From Candidatus Colinaster equi (GTDB lineage: Bacteria; Bacillota; Clostridia; Lachnospirales; Lachnospiraceae): 64,000 nt of DNA. A model generated the notes under the pieces. It searched no databases. It was not told the DNA's origin and saw only the letters and a list, made by a program, of their open reading frames with translations. Position numbers and translations under genes: made by a program. The stretch is taken from NCBI GenBank assembly GCA_018064425.1, contig JAGHVF010000012.1, positions 28,486 to 92,485 on the forward strand, read 5' to 3'. Below, one piece after another: positions 49,004 to 59,302 of this stretch (position 1 is the stretch's first letter; every line of letters begins with the position of its first letter).

Positions 49004-51007
49004 CTATTCTTTTGTAAATTGAACAGTTCTTGTTATATTTCTCTCCTCTGTAACCGAAGGAACATCTATAACCTCTCCGTCATCTCCGGTGGTCGTACTT
49101 CCCGGTATTTCTATAGTGTAAATAATCGTAACTACACCTGAATCACAATCGCTTATTCCCGAAATATTCATCGCAACAGGGAAACTTGTCGTAGTCTCGC
49201 GTTTCAATTCGACGCCTGTTGAAGTTGTCAAAATAACCGTAGCTTCCGTTCCCGGAACATAGCTTGAGTCCTCAACATTTGGACTCTCGATATTACCGGC
49301 ATAGCTATATGTCACTGCGCCTAAGCCGATACTTAATTTCATATCTACCGCTGTACCTGCAGCAACCATTGTTCCCGCCTGATAGCTCTGATAACATACT
49401 TTATCAATCAATTTCTCATCATCATTGGTAGTTTCTTCAATATTACCTGCCTGCAAACCTTTTTCAATAAGTATCGCTGTTGCATCCATCACATCAAGAC
49501 CAACCAGATTAGGCACTTCTACCTGTGATGAACTCGGGCCTGTACTGACACTTAATTTGATTGTTGTACCGCGGCGTGCCGCCTCTCCTGCTGCCGGCAA
49601 CTGGTCCACAATATTACCTTTAGCCACTGTATCACTCGGTACTTCTACCTTCTCAACTTCAAACCCCTCTTTATTGAGATTAGCAACTGCTTCCGCATAT
49701 GACAAGCCATGAACATCCGGCACAAGTACTTCATTCTCAGATGATGTATGTGTCTGTGCGTCCTCTGATGCCAAAGCGGTTGTTGTCTCAGTATTCGAAT
49801 GACTGAAGGTAAACAATCCGAATTTTCTGCCCACGATGAAGATAATAAGAATACCTATTACAACTGCCGCAATAACCGCGCATATTGTTGTTATTCTCTC
49901 AGCTCTGTCATCATACTCTGTTGCTTTTATATCATTTCTTTTGCTGCTATTTCTTGCAGCAGGCTTCGCATCAATATTCTTTGGTCTCTTTTGAGGTGAA
50001 GTCTGAGGTTTCTTAGGCTTCTCGCTCTTTGGTTTTCTATTCTCATTAAGCCTTACATTGGGCTCATACTCATCTTCATATCTGTCAACATTACGATATG
50101 ATGATTTTACCTCGCGAATCTCCGTCTCCGGTACTGCTCTTGTAGCACCTTCCTCATCCGGATCAACCATTTGAACAAAGTCCTCATCCGGAGTCATCAA
50201 AGATCTCTTCAAATCATCTATAAGCTCCTGCATATTCTGATATCTTCTGTCAGGGCTCTTCTGTGTACACTTAAGCACAATCTGTTCAACGCTTATCGGC
50301 ACTTCCATAGTATATTCACGTGGCGAAGGCATCGGCTCCTGGATATGCTTAATGGCAATAGCTACGGTTGTCTCCCCATTAAAAGGTACTCTGCCCGTAA
50401 GCATTTCAAATAAAGTAATACCCAATGAATAGATATCACTCTTGGCATCCGAGTATCCGCCTCTTGCCTGCTCAGGTGATGTATAATGCACAGATCCCAT
50501 AACGTTGCTTGTTATTGTATTGCTGGTAACAGCCTTTGCTATACCGAAATCTGTCACCTTAACCTTACCGTCTTTGGAAATCATAACATTCTGCGGCTTA
50601 ATATCCCTATGAATAATATGATTATTATGTGCGGCTTCAATACCCATAGAAACCTGTATTGCTATACTTACAGCCTCTTTAACAGACAGACGTGACTTCT
50701 TCTCGATATACTTCTTAAGAGTAATACCCTCAACAAGTTCCATCACAATAAAGTGAGTTCCGTTTTCTTCTCCAACATCATATACATTAACAATATTGGG
50801 GTGCATCATGCCTGCTGCCGCCTGTGCTTCTACTGTAAAACGTGATACAAAATTAGCGTTTTCGCTAAATTCCTGTTTGAGTACCTTTACAGCAACAAAA
50901 CGATTCAGCTTATGGTCTTTTGCCTTATATACATCCGACATTCCGCCGGTTCCTATTTTCTCAAGGATCTCATAACGATCCCCAATCATCATACCAATCT
51001 TAATCAT
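49004..51007 (-). CDS. pknB: PASTA-domain Ser/Thr kinase (PknB/PrkC/Stk1)
   Basis: IGTGGMS, VAVKVLK, HRDIKPQN, DFG, YTSPEQ, TM, two PASTA repeats (VPDVHG, VPNLVG). Confidence 0.95.
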   Translation of the reverse strand: MIKIGMMIGDRYEILEKIGTGGMSDVYKAKDHKLNRFVAVKVLKQEFSENANFVSRFTVEAQAAAGMMHPNIVNVYDVGEENGTHFIVMELVEGITLKKYIEKKSRLSVKEAVSIAIQVSMGIEAAHNNHIIHRDIKPQNVMISKDGKVKVTDFGIAKAVTSNTITSNVMGSVHYTSPEQARGGYSDAKSDIYSLGITLFEMLTGRVPFNGETTVAIAIKHIQEPMPSPREYTMEVPISVEQIVLKCTQKSPDRRYQNMQELIDDLKRSLMTPDEDFVQMVDPDEEGATRAVPETEIREVKSSYRNVDRYEDEYEPNVRLNENRKPKSEKPKKPQTSPQKRPKNIDAKPAARNSSKRNDIKATEYDDRAERITTICAVIAAVVIGILIIFIVGRKFGLFTFSHSNTETTTALASEDAQTHTSSENEVLVPDVHGLSYAEAVANLNKEGFEVEKVEVPSDTVAKGNIVDQLPAAGEAARRGTTIKLSVSTGPSSSQVEVPNLVGLDVMDATAILIEKGLQAGNIEETTNDDEKLIDKVCYQSYQAGTMVAAGTAVDMKLSIGLGAVTYSYAGNIESPNVEDSSYVPGTEATVILTTSTGVELKRETTTSFPVAMNISGISDCDSGVVTIIYTIEIPGSTTTGDDGEVIDVPSVTEERNITRTVQFTKE

Positions 51008-51734
51008 CAGTTACCTCAATCAATACCACGGCAATATTATCTTTACCGCCATTGTTGTTTGCTGCGTTAACAAGGCTTTCTGCCTTCTCAACAATATCTC
51101 TCTGTCCTTCAAGAATCATTCTGATTTCTTCGTCTTCAATCATATTGGTCAAACCGTCCGAACACATTAACACAATGTCATCACGATTAAGCTTGACCTT
51201 AAAGAAGTCAATGTCGATGTCTTCCATAGCACCAACAGCTCTGGTAATAATATTCTTGTCCGGATGACTTCTTGCCTGTTCTCTTTTTATCTCACCCAGG
51301 CGCACCATTTCCTCCACATAAGAGTGGTCCCTGGTTATTTGCCTAATCTCTCGTCTATTAACTATATACAATCTGCTATCGCCGACATTGGCAACACACA
51401 GCTCACCATCCTGTATTGAAGCTGCTACGATTGTCGTACCCATTCCGTTTAACGCTTCATCTTCCTCGCCACGTCTTCTCACAACCTTATTGGCTTCCTT
51501 AATGGATTTCTCAAGAATTGTAACGGTCTGTGTATCCTCAAGATCTGCTACATACTCTACGATAGTCTCAATAGCACATTTGGATGCATAGTCACCACCA
51601 TTATGTCCTCCCATGCCATCTGCAACAAGGAACAAATTCGGCAGATTACCTACAGGCATCTCTGATGTATATACGTAGTCCTGATTCAGTTTTCTCTTCC
51701 TACCGATATCGGTAATAGAAAAAGTCTTAATCAT
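51000..51734 (-). CDS. stp: PP2C-type Ser/Thr phosphatase (Stp1/PrpC)
   Basis: TDIGRKR-x-x-NQD, VADGMGGH, NVGDSR, CSDGL, GGKDNI. Confidence 0.95.
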   Translation of the reverse strand: MIKTFSITDIGRKRKLNQDYVYTSEMPVGNLPNLFLVADGMGGHNGGDYASKCAIETIVEYVADLEDTQTVTILEKSIKEANKVVRRRGEEDEALNGMGTTIVAASIQDGELCVANVGDSRLYIVNRREIRQITRDHSYVEEMVRLGEIKREQARSHPDKNIITRAVGAMEDIDIDFFKVKLNRDDIVLMCSDGLTNMIEDEEIRMILEGQRDIVEKAESLVNAANNNGGKDNIAVVLIEVTDD

Positions 51735-52783
51735 TATTTCCTCTCAATATCATTGCTTTTCTCAAGCATCTGTCGTCTTCTCAACTGTCCGCAGGCTCCA
51801 TCTATATCCTGCCCCATTTCCCTTCTAATAGTAACATTTATTGCGTTTTTTTCAAGTTTATTTTTGAATGCCGCAATTGCTTTGGCACTGCCTCTTTCGT
51901 AATCTCTTTCCTTAATCGGATTGACAGGAATAAGATTAACATGAGCTCCCACTCTGCCTGCAAGTGCACTAAGCTGCTTTGCGTCTTCTATAGAATCATT
52001 TACTCCGGCTACAAGGCTGTATTCAAATGTAATGCGTCTTCCCGTTTTTTCAAAATAGTACTGACATGCATCCATAAGTTCATCAATGGAATATGTATTG
52101 GCTATTGGCATAAGTGTTCTTCTTTTCTCATCACTTACCGCATGCAATGACAAGGCCAGCGTAAGACTTAATTTCTCATCCGCCAGTTTTCTCATCATAG
52201 GTACAAGCCCGCATGTCGATACGGTTACATTTCTACCGGATATATTCAAACCGTTTTCGGAAGTTAAAAGCTTATAGAATCTGACAAAATTGTCATAATT
52301 ATCCATCGGTTCACCGGTACCCATTACAACAACATTGGATACTCTCTCTTTAGTATCAAGAGTTATTGCATATATCTGATCAAGCATTTCCGACGGCAAA
52401 AGATTACGTTCCCATCCGTCCAATGTAGATGCACAGAACCTGCATCCCATCTTACAGCCTACCTGTGATGAGATACACACACTGTTGCCATGCTTATATC
52501 TCATGAATACACTTTCTACATAATTACCGTCGCTAAGTTCAAAAAGATACTTACGGGTTCCGTCGAGTTTGGATTCCTGCACTCGTACCTGTTTTACAAC
52601 AGTAATCGGATATTTTTCCCTAAAACTTTCTCTCATTGAAGACGGTAAATTGAGCATAGCATCATAATCTCTGACCAGCTTGACATGCAGCCAGTCGTAT
52701 ATCTGCTTTGCCCTAAATCCGGGAAATCCCTCATCTGTAATTAGATTTTTTAATTCTTCCTCTGTTAACGACTTAATATCCAT
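51734..52783 (-). CDS. rlmN: Dual-specificity RNA methyltransferase RlmN
   Basis: CISSQVGCKMGCRFCAS, MGTGEP, SLHA, IDGACGQL. Start moved to ATG 52783 (TAATG overlap with rsmB). Confidence 0.96.
   Translation of the reverse strand: MDIKSLTEEELKNLITDEGFPGFRAKQIYDWLHVKLVRDYDAMLNLPSSMRESFREKYPITVVKQVRVQESKLDGTRKYLFELSDGNYVESVFMRYKHGNSVCISSQVGCKMGCRFCASTLDGWERNLLPSEMLDQIYAITLDTKERVSNVVVMGTGEPMDNYDNFVRFYKLLTSENGLNISGRNVTVSTCGLVPMMRKLADEKLSLTLALSLHAVSDEKRRTLMPIANTYSIDELMDACQYYFEKTGRRITFEYSLVAGVNDSIEDAKQLSALAGRVGAHVNLIPVNPIKERDYERGSAKAIAAFKNKLEKNAINVTIRREMGQDIDGACGQLRRRQMLEKSNDIERK
52282..52295. repeat. Dispersed palindrome, copy 6 (could be a coding coincidence)
   Basis: TGACAAAATTGTCA inside rlmN (YDNFVR). 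Confidence 0.4.
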
Positions 52784-54114
52784 TACTTCTTCACACATTT
52801 GGCAATAAAGAATCCGTCACTGCCTTCATCGGGAGTATATTTTTCCATCGAAACAACACTCCAGCCATCTTCGGACTCAATATATTTTACCATTTTTTCA
52901 TTTTCGTCAGCGCGCAATGTACAGGTACTGTACATAAGTGTTCCGCCCGACTTAACATATCTTTTGGCATTATCAACAATCTGTCTTTGAAGATTTCCCA
53001 ATGTCTCAAAGCCTTCGGCCGTTACATTGTACTTAATATCCGGTTTTTTGCCGATGACGCCATATCCCGAACATGGCACATCACATATCACCACATCAAC
53101 CTTCTCTTCCAAGTTATCATCAAATACCGTTGCATCAAACACTTGCGTGGTAACAAGTGTCGTATATCCCATTCTTGCAACATTAGCATCTATATAATCT
53201 GTTTTGTATTCCGATATATCACGACTGATAATACGTCCCATTGAGCAATCGCCCTTACCAAATGTCATTATCTTTGCTGCAGCGTGCAGGCTCTTACCTC
53301 CAGGTGCCGCACACATATCAAGCACCAAATCACCGTTTTTAATGTCTGCCAGTTCGCACACCATCGCACTGCTAAGATCTTGCACCGTGTACAAGCCTTC
53401 GTTAAACAAAGCAAGGCTCTCCGGCTTATCTATTCCGTCAATCTCATATACATATGGCAATCTGTCCGACACAGAATACTTGATTGCGTTTTGTTCCCAT
53501 TCATTCAGGATACTATCAAGCTTTGGCATACCTTTGTATTCATCAATTCGCACAAACAGTTTGCGTTTTTCCAAATATGCCTGCAATATGCTTTGGGTCT
53601 TACTTGCACCATATTCTTCAAGCAGTTCGTCAACCACAAGTTTAGGGCATGAATATTTTACCGACAAATATTCACTCGGATTACTTGTTTCATCCGGCCA
53701 TACAATATTATCTTTGTTTCTTGAAATATTGCGTAGCACTCCGTTAGTAAAGCCCTGCAGGCCCTTAAAGCCTCTCTTTCCGGTTAGCTTTACGGCCTCA
53801 TCGCAAATAGCTCTGTCAGGCACCTTATCCATATACAAAATCTGATACACGCTCATTCTAAGTATCTGTCTGATAAGCGGTTTCATCTTGTTTACGGGAG
53901 TTTTTGAAAATTGGTTAAGAATATAATCAATCTGTAGACGATATTCCAACGTTCCTTCCACAACACGCTTCAAAAAGCTTTTATCAGTCTTTGGCAGATA
54001 ATCATACTTATCCAATACATTCTTAAGCAAAATGTGGCTATGCTCTTCTTTTTTATCAATAGCAAGCAACATCTCAGCTGCCAATTCTCTTATATTGACG
54101 CGATTATCACCCAT
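52783..54114 (-). CDS. rsmB: 16S rRNA m5C967 methyltransferase RsmB
   Basis: NusB-like N-terminus, VQD, DMCAAPGGKS, DVPCSG, YSTCT. Confidence 0.95.
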   Translation of the reverse strand: MGDNRVNIRELAAEMLLAIDKKEEHSHILLKNVLDKYDYLPKTDKSFLKRVVEGTLEYRLQIDYILNQFSKTPVNKMKPLIRQILRMSVYQILYMDKVPDRAICDEAVKLTGKRGFKGLQGFTNGVLRNISRNKDNIVWPDETSNPSEYLSVKYSCPKLVVDELLEEYGASKTQSILQAYLEKRKLFVRIDEYKGMPKLDSILNEWEQNAIKYSVSDRLPYVYEIDGIDKPESLALFNEGLYTVQDLSSAMVCELADIKNGDLVLDMCAAPGGKSLHAAAKIMTFGKGDCSMGRIISRDISEYKTDYIDANVARMGYTTLVTTQVFDATVFDDNLEEKVDVVICDVPCSGYGVIGKKPDIKYNVTAEGFETLGNLQRQIVDNAKRYVKSGGTLMYSTCTLRADENEKMVKYIESEDGWSVVSMEKYTPDEGSDGFFIAKCVKK

Positions 54115-54130
54115 AAACAATCCTCACCGA

Positions 54131-55078
54131 TTAACGACCTGATAACAAGCGGTCGCCAACCTTTATATTACATCCTCTTAAAAAATCCGATGCAGTCATT
54201 CGTTTTTTACCCTCAAGCTGCACTTCGGTTATTTGCAAACAGCCTTCACCACACATAACTTCAAAACTGTCTTTATCAACATTTACTATATCACCCGGGT
54301 TATACTCTCCCTTTTTGTATGTTGTTTCAATTGCTGTTGCTTTCCATATCTTTAATGTCTTTCCGTTATAGAAAGAATATGCACTAGGCCATGAATTAAG
54401 GCCTCTTACATATCTGGATATCTTCACAGCATCCATATTCCAATCTATATTGCCCAGATCTTTTTTTAGCATCTTGGCGTATGTGCTCAGTTCTTCATCC
54501 TGTGCAACGGGAGTGAGTTGTCCCTTTTCAATAAGAGGTAATGCCTCGACAATCGCCTCTGCGCCAAGCACTGCCAATTTATCAAAAAGGCTCTCACCTG
54601 TATCGTCATCCTCTATTGTGATGGCCTTCTGTAACAACATATCACCTGTATCGAGGCCCTCATTCATCTGCATAATGGTTACACCGGTCTGCTCTTCACC
54701 ATCCAATATACTCCACTGAATCGGTGCCGCGCCTCTGTATTTGGGCAAAAGCGACGCGTGTATATTCACGCATCCGTATTTTGGCATATTAAGAATCTCG
54801 CTTGACAAAATCTGTCCGAATGCTGCCACAACAAAAATATCCGCTTCATATTTTTTAAGATATTCTACCGATTCGGTACTTTTAATTTTATCCGGTTGAA
54901 ATACATCAATTCCGTTTTTTATTGCACATTCCTTTACAGGCGGAAATTGCACTTCCTTGCCTCTTCCTTTTTGTCTGTCAGGCTGTGTTACCACAAGGAC
55001 AACATCATGTCCCGCATCAATTATTGCCTGTAATGCACCTGTTGCAAAATCAGGTGTTCCCATAAATATTACTCGCAT
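54131..55078 (-). CDS. fmt: Methionyl-tRNA formyltransferase
   Basis: FMGTPDFA, VTQPD, NIHASLLPKYRGAAPI, GLDTGD. Confidence 0.98.
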   Translation of the reverse strand: MRVIFMGTPDFATGALQAIIDAGHDVVLVVTQPDRQKGRGKEVQFPPVKECAIKNGIDVFQPDKIKSTESVEYLKKYEADIFVVAAFGQILSSEILNMPKYGCVNIHASLLPKYRGAAPIQWSILDGEEQTGVTIMQMNEGLDTGDMLLQKAITIEDDDTGESLFDKLAVLGAEAIVEALPLIEKGQLTPVAQDEELSTYAKMLKKDLGNIDWNMDAVKISRYVRGLNSWPSAYSFYNGKTLKIWKATAIETTYKKGEYNPGDIVNVDKDSFEVMCGEGCLQITEVQLEGKKRMTASDFLRGCNIKVGDRLLSGR

Positions 55079-55566
55079 TATTCACCCTCGTATGCATTTT
55101 CCAAATCTTCGTTGTTTATTAGCTCGCCTTCGACTTTTTCTGTATACATATGTCCGTCCAAGTGCTCTATCTCATGCAAAATGGCTCTTGCAAGCAATTC
55201 CGTACCCTCAATGAACTGTGTCTCCATGTTAACATCCTGGTACATGGCTTTCACATAATTAGGTCTGGTAACAATTCCGCTCTTACCCGGCAAACTAAGG
55301 CAACCCTCATATCCGCGCTGTTCTCCGCTTGTCTCGATAACTTTCGGATTAATCATTACAATCGGATCTTCACCTGTTACATCAATTACAACAAGTCTTT
55401 TCAATATACCGACCTGTGGTGCAGCCAATCCAACTCCGCAAGCCTCGTACATTGTCTCAAACATATCATTAATCAATTCTTCCGTTCTCGGTGTTACCTC
55501 TTTTACTTCTTTGCATACTTTCTCAAGAATTGCATCACCTTTGATTCTAATTTGTCTTAAAGCCAT
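55078..55566 (-). CDS. def: Peptide deformylase
   Basis: GVGLAAPQVG, EGCLS, HEIEHLDG. Confidence 0.97.
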   Translation of the reverse strand: MALRQIRIKGDAILEKVCKEVKEVTPRTEELINDMFETMYEACGVGLAAPQVGILKRLVVIDVTGEDPIVMINPKVIETSGEQRGYEGCLSLPGKSGIVTRPNYVKAMYQDVNMETQFIEGTELLARAILHEIEHLDGHMYTEKVEGELINNEDLENAYEGE

Positions 55567-55581
55567 TTTTCCTCCAATCCG

Positions 55582-57582
55582 TCAGAATGGGTTGATGGGA
55601 TTCACATCAAACCACACACTAATTTCGCTTTTTGCATTCGTAAGATATTTTTCCAACATATCTTTAATCTTTATCAATACCGACATGTCTTTATTTTTAA
55701 TATAAAAAACATATCTGTAATAATCATTGATTTTTCCAATACCGGCACTTCCCGGTCCAATCACATTAAGCTTACTGTTATACTGTCTGACAATCGTAGC
55801 CATTTCACTGATAAGTGAAAGTGTTGCATTCATCTCCTTACCGGAAGCCATAACAGCAAGTATATTACATACAGGAGGATACATAGATATCTCCCTATAG
55901 GTTATTTCTTCCTCATAGAATGATTTGTAATCCTGATTGGCAGCATGCACCACACTGTAATGATCCGGCTGATATGTCTGTATCACTACATTACCGGGTC
56001 TGTCTCCTCTTCCGGAACGTCCGGCAGCCTGTGTCAACAAATCAAACGTTCGCTCTCCTGCCGCATAATCGCCTGCAGCCAATCCTATATCCGCCGCAAT
56101 CACTCCGACCAATGTAACAAGCGGATAATCATGCCCCTTAACAATCATCTGCGTACCGATAAGTACATCAGCTTCATGATTACCAAAGCTGCTAAGAATC
56201 TTCTCATAATTACCCTTTTGTCTGGTAGTATCCGCATCCATTCTGAGAGTACGCACACCGGGATACATTTTTCGCACTTCATCCTCTATCTGCTCTGTTC
56301 CCGCTCTGAAAGATGATATATATTTCGAGCCGCATACAGGGCACAATTTTGGCTTAACAATCTCATACCCGCAATAATGGCATACAAGCTTGCCCTCGCT
56401 TCTATGCTCAGAAAGAGATACATCACAATGCGGACATTTTACTGCTTCACCGCAAGCTCTGCACGATACAAATCCGGCATATCCTCGCCTGTTAATAAAG
56501 AGCATAATCTGTTCTTTCTTATCAAGGCGATCTTTTATAAGTTCCATAAGCCTTCTGCTGAAAATCGATCTGTTTCCCTCTGCCAACTCATTACGCAAAT
56601 CCACAATATCAACCGATGGTAATTCACCCATTCCGGCACGCTTGTCCATCGTAAAGAGACGGTAGTCTGATTGCATAGCCTTGTAATACGAATCTACGCT
56701 CGGTGTTGCACTGCCAAGTACCACTGATGCCCCATGCATAGAAGCCAACTTCAACGCAACCTCTTTTGCATGATATCTTGGCACATTTTCACTCTTATAC
56801 GTACTTTCATGTTCTTCGTCAATTACAATAAGTCCGATATTGGCAAACGGCGTAAACAATGCAGACCTTGGACCGATTATCACATCAATCTCACCGTTTT
56901 TTGCTCTGCAACAATGTTCGTATCTGGTGCCTGCCGATAACATCGAATTCATAATTGCTACTCTGTCACCAAAATACTTTCTAAATCTCATAACCGTCTG
57001 ATAAGTCAATCCTATCTCCGGAATGAGCACTATACATGACTGGCCTTTGCTTACAACATGACGAATCATATTGATATAGACTTCTGTCTTTCCGCTGCCT
57101 GTTATACCATGAATCAAATATGTCTTTCTGACACCCGTGTCATAATCACTTGCAAATTCATCCACAATAGACTGCTGCGCTTCATTGAGTTCTACAGTTG
57201 CAGACGATACCGAATCATCTGCAGGTAACTGCTTCTTCTTGCCTCTGTAAGCCTTCTTCACCGGCAAAACAGTCTTTAGCGCATTAATCATCGTAGAGCC
57301 ATATCGCTCTTTCATAAAGAAAGCAAGCTCAATCAACTTGCTCTCTGTCGCATCCTGTGACAGAACAATATCCTCTATCTCTTTTAATCGATAGACCGGT
57401 ACATCCGGATTATCCGATATATCAAGAATATATCCCACCCTGACACTATTACCTTTTCCAAAAGGCACTTTAACCTTAGTTCCCGGATGACACATTTCTT
57501 CAAATCTGTCGGGAATAATATATGTAAACGGCCTGTCAACCGCTTCATGCGATATATCTATTATTATATTGGCATATCGCAT
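55582..57582 (-). CDS. priA: Replication restart helicase PriA (short form)
   Basis: VPFG N-terminal 3'-binding domain, GITGSGKT, DEEH, SAT, four CxxC pairs, QAAGRSGR. Confidence 0.96.
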   Translation of the reverse strand: MRYANIIIDISHEAVDRPFTYIIPDRFEEMCHPGTKVKVPFGKGNSVRVGYILDISDNPDVPVYRLKEIEDIVLSQDATESKLIELAFFMKERYGSTMINALKTVLPVKKAYRGKKKQLPADDSVSSATVELNEAQQSIVDEFASDYDTGVRKTYLIHGITGSGKTEVYINMIRHVVSKGQSCIVLIPEIGLTYQTVMRFRKYFGDRVAIMNSMLSAGTRYEHCCRAKNGEIDVIIGPRSALFTPFANIGLIVIDEEHESTYKSENVPRYHAKEVALKLASMHGASVVLGSATPSVDSYYKAMQSDYRLFTMDKRAGMGELPSVDIVDLRNELAEGNRSIFSRRLMELIKDRLDKKEQIMLFINRRGYAGFVSCRACGEAVKCPHCDVSLSEHRSEGKLVCHYCGYEIVKPKLCPVCGSKYISSFRAGTEQIEDEVRKMYPGVRTLRMDADTTRQKGNYEKILSSFGNHEADVLIGTQMIVKGHDYPLVTLVGVIAADIGLAAGDYAAGERTFDLLTQAAGRSGRGDRPGNVVIQTYQPDHYSVVHAANQDYKSFYEEEITYREISMYPPVCNILAVMASGKEMNATLSLISEMATIVRQYNSKLNVIGPGSAGIGKINDYYRYVFYIKNKDMSVLIKIKDMLEKYLTNAKSEISVWFDVNPINPF
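57129..57142. repeat. Dispersed palindrome, copy 7
   Basis: TGACACCCGTGTCA in the variable loop before the PriA Walker A motif (YDTGVR). Confidence 0.7.
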
Positions 57583-57600
57583 ATTCTTCCTCCGTCACAA

Positions 57601-59073
57601 TCACTGCTTTTCTTCTTCCAATATCTCTTTAATCAGGATACGCTCGTCCATCGGATATCTGACGCCTTTTATCTCCTGATAATCTTCATGACCTTTTCCT
57701 GCAAGAACAATAATGTCTCCGGGCTCGCCATGTGTAATCGCATATCTTATTGCTTCTTTTCTGTCAGCAATCTTAATGTAATTTCCGGTAGTTTTCTCAA
57801 CACCGGTTACTATATCCTCCATGATATCCAACGGCTCTTCATCTCGCGGATTATCAGATGTAATAATTGTAAGGTCTGACAATTTTCCGCTCACTTCACC
57901 CATCTCAAAACGTCTGTTTCTGTCTCTGTTGCCGCCGCATCCAAACACAGTAATAAGTCTGTGCGGATTATATTCCTTCAAAGTCTTAAGCAGACTGTTT
58001 AATGCCATCGCATTATGCGCATAATCTATCATCAATGTATACTTATCGGATACAGGGATTATTTCTATTCTTCCTTTAACCGTAACTGATCTTAATGCCT
58101 TATTTACTGCCTTCTCATCTGCCTTAAACTGATCACAGATTGCAATAGCCGTAAGGGCATTATATACGCTGAATATTCCCGGAGTATTCACTTCAACTTC
58201 CATATTTACATTGCCGGCTACTCTAAAGTCCACGCCGATACTGCCTTCACCTCTTGTAAGACGCATATCATAAGCTCTGTAAGAAACACCTTCCTTTAGA
58301 CCGTATGTAAGCAACTCACATGTATGACCGCTTGTGACGGTATCTACATGCTCATCATCACCATTTACAATTCCCACCTTACACTGCTTGAACAGTAAGC
58401 CTTTGCAACGCATATAATCAGCCATGTCCTTGTGCTCGTTCGGTCCGATATGATCCGGTTCGAGATTGGTAAAAATACCGATATCAAACACAAATCCCTG
58501 CGTTCTGTGTAGCATCAAGCCCTGGCTGGATACTTCCATAACCACTGTATCGCATCCTGCTTCCACCATCTTTGCAAAATACTCCTGCAGCTTATACGAA
58601 TCAGGAGTAGTATTCTTTGATGGAATATGCTCATCACCTATTATTGTCTCAATAGTACCTACCAAACCTACTTTATGTCCCGCATTCTCAAGAATGGACT
58701 TCACCATATAAGTAACAGTAGTCTTACCTTTTGTTCCCGTAATACCTATCGTTGTAAGCTTCTTAGCCGGATGGTTGTTAACCGCAGCCGCAATAAATGC
58801 CATTGCATATCTTGTATCTTTCACCTTAACTACCGTTATATCCGAGCCCATAACATCTACCGTATCGCTTACGACCACTGCGGCAGCTTTCTTGCTTATT
58901 GCTTCGGGCACAGCACTGTGTCCGTCAAATTTTGCACCTTTGACACATACAAACAAACAGCCTTCAACAATATCATTTGAATTATATACAACGCACGAAA
59001 TTTCACGTTCCTTTTTTCCGTTAACAATTTCGTATTCTATTTCACATAAAAGATCTTCTAATCTCATACTCAT
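57601..59073 (-). CDS. murE: UDP-MurNAc-Ala-Glu--meso-diaminopimelate ligase
   Basis: GITGTKGKTT, TTP, MEVSS, DYAHN, FGCGG, DNPR (DAP specificity), LAGKGHE. Start moved to 59073 (59067 also possible). Confidence 0.95.
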   Translation of the reverse strand: MSMRLEDLLCEIEYEIVNGKKEREISCVVYNSNDIVEGCLFVCVKGAKFDGHSAVPEAISKKAAAVVVSDTVDVMGSDITVVKVKDTRYAMAFIAAAVNNHPAKKLTTIGITGTKGKTTVTYMVKSILENAGHKVGLVGTIETIIGDEHIPSKNTTPDSYKLQEYFAKMVEAGCDTVVMEVSSQGLMLHRTQGFVFDIGIFTNLEPDHIGPNEHKDMADYMRCKGLLFKQCKVGIVNGDDEHVDTVTSGHTCELLTYGLKEGVSYRAYDMRLTRGEGSIGVDFRVAGNVNMEVEVNTPGIFSVYNALTAIAICDQFKADEKAVNKALRSVTVKGRIEIIPVSDKYTLMIDYAHNAMALNSLLKTLKEYNPHRLITVFGCGGNRDRNRRFEMGEVSGKLSDLTIITSDNPRDEEPLDIMEDIVTGVEKTTGNYIKIADRKEAIRYAITHGEPGDIIVLAGKGHEDYQEIKGVRYPMDERILIKEILEEEKQ

Positions 59074-59124
59074 ACCATCCCTTTTGTGCACAAACGCTAA
59101 CCATAAGAATAACACAAAACAGCA

Positions 59125-59205
59125 CAAAATACAAAGGCCTGACCGTCGCCGGTCAGGCCTTCGTTCTTATGAGGGGGGAGATAGTGAGTAATCAACTATC
59201 TATGT
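59125..59205 (-). ncRNA. Candidate small RNA: hairpin, C-rich single strand, terminator
   Basis: Minus strand: AGATAGT/ACTATCT hairpin (59201-59179), then CCCCCCTC, then a 12-bp GC stem (59161-59134) and a T-rich tail. Far from the upstream stop codon (59303). Confidence 0.45.
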
Positions 59206-59302
59206 TCACCATATTACATTGTAAATGTGTTCAAACTGTGTCCATTTAATAAAATGAAACTAAACTTTCTTAAGAAAATCTGATGATATATATTAAGATA
59301 TT

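Noticed and set aside
59184-59249. 21-codon plus-strand ORF (MSNQLSMFTILHCKCVQTVSI) after GAGGGGGGAG, as a type I toxin antisense to the sRNA candidate
   Set aside because: Not a hydrophobic TM-like peptide, no plus-strand promoter or terminator seen, and the strong hairpin lies upstream of it.
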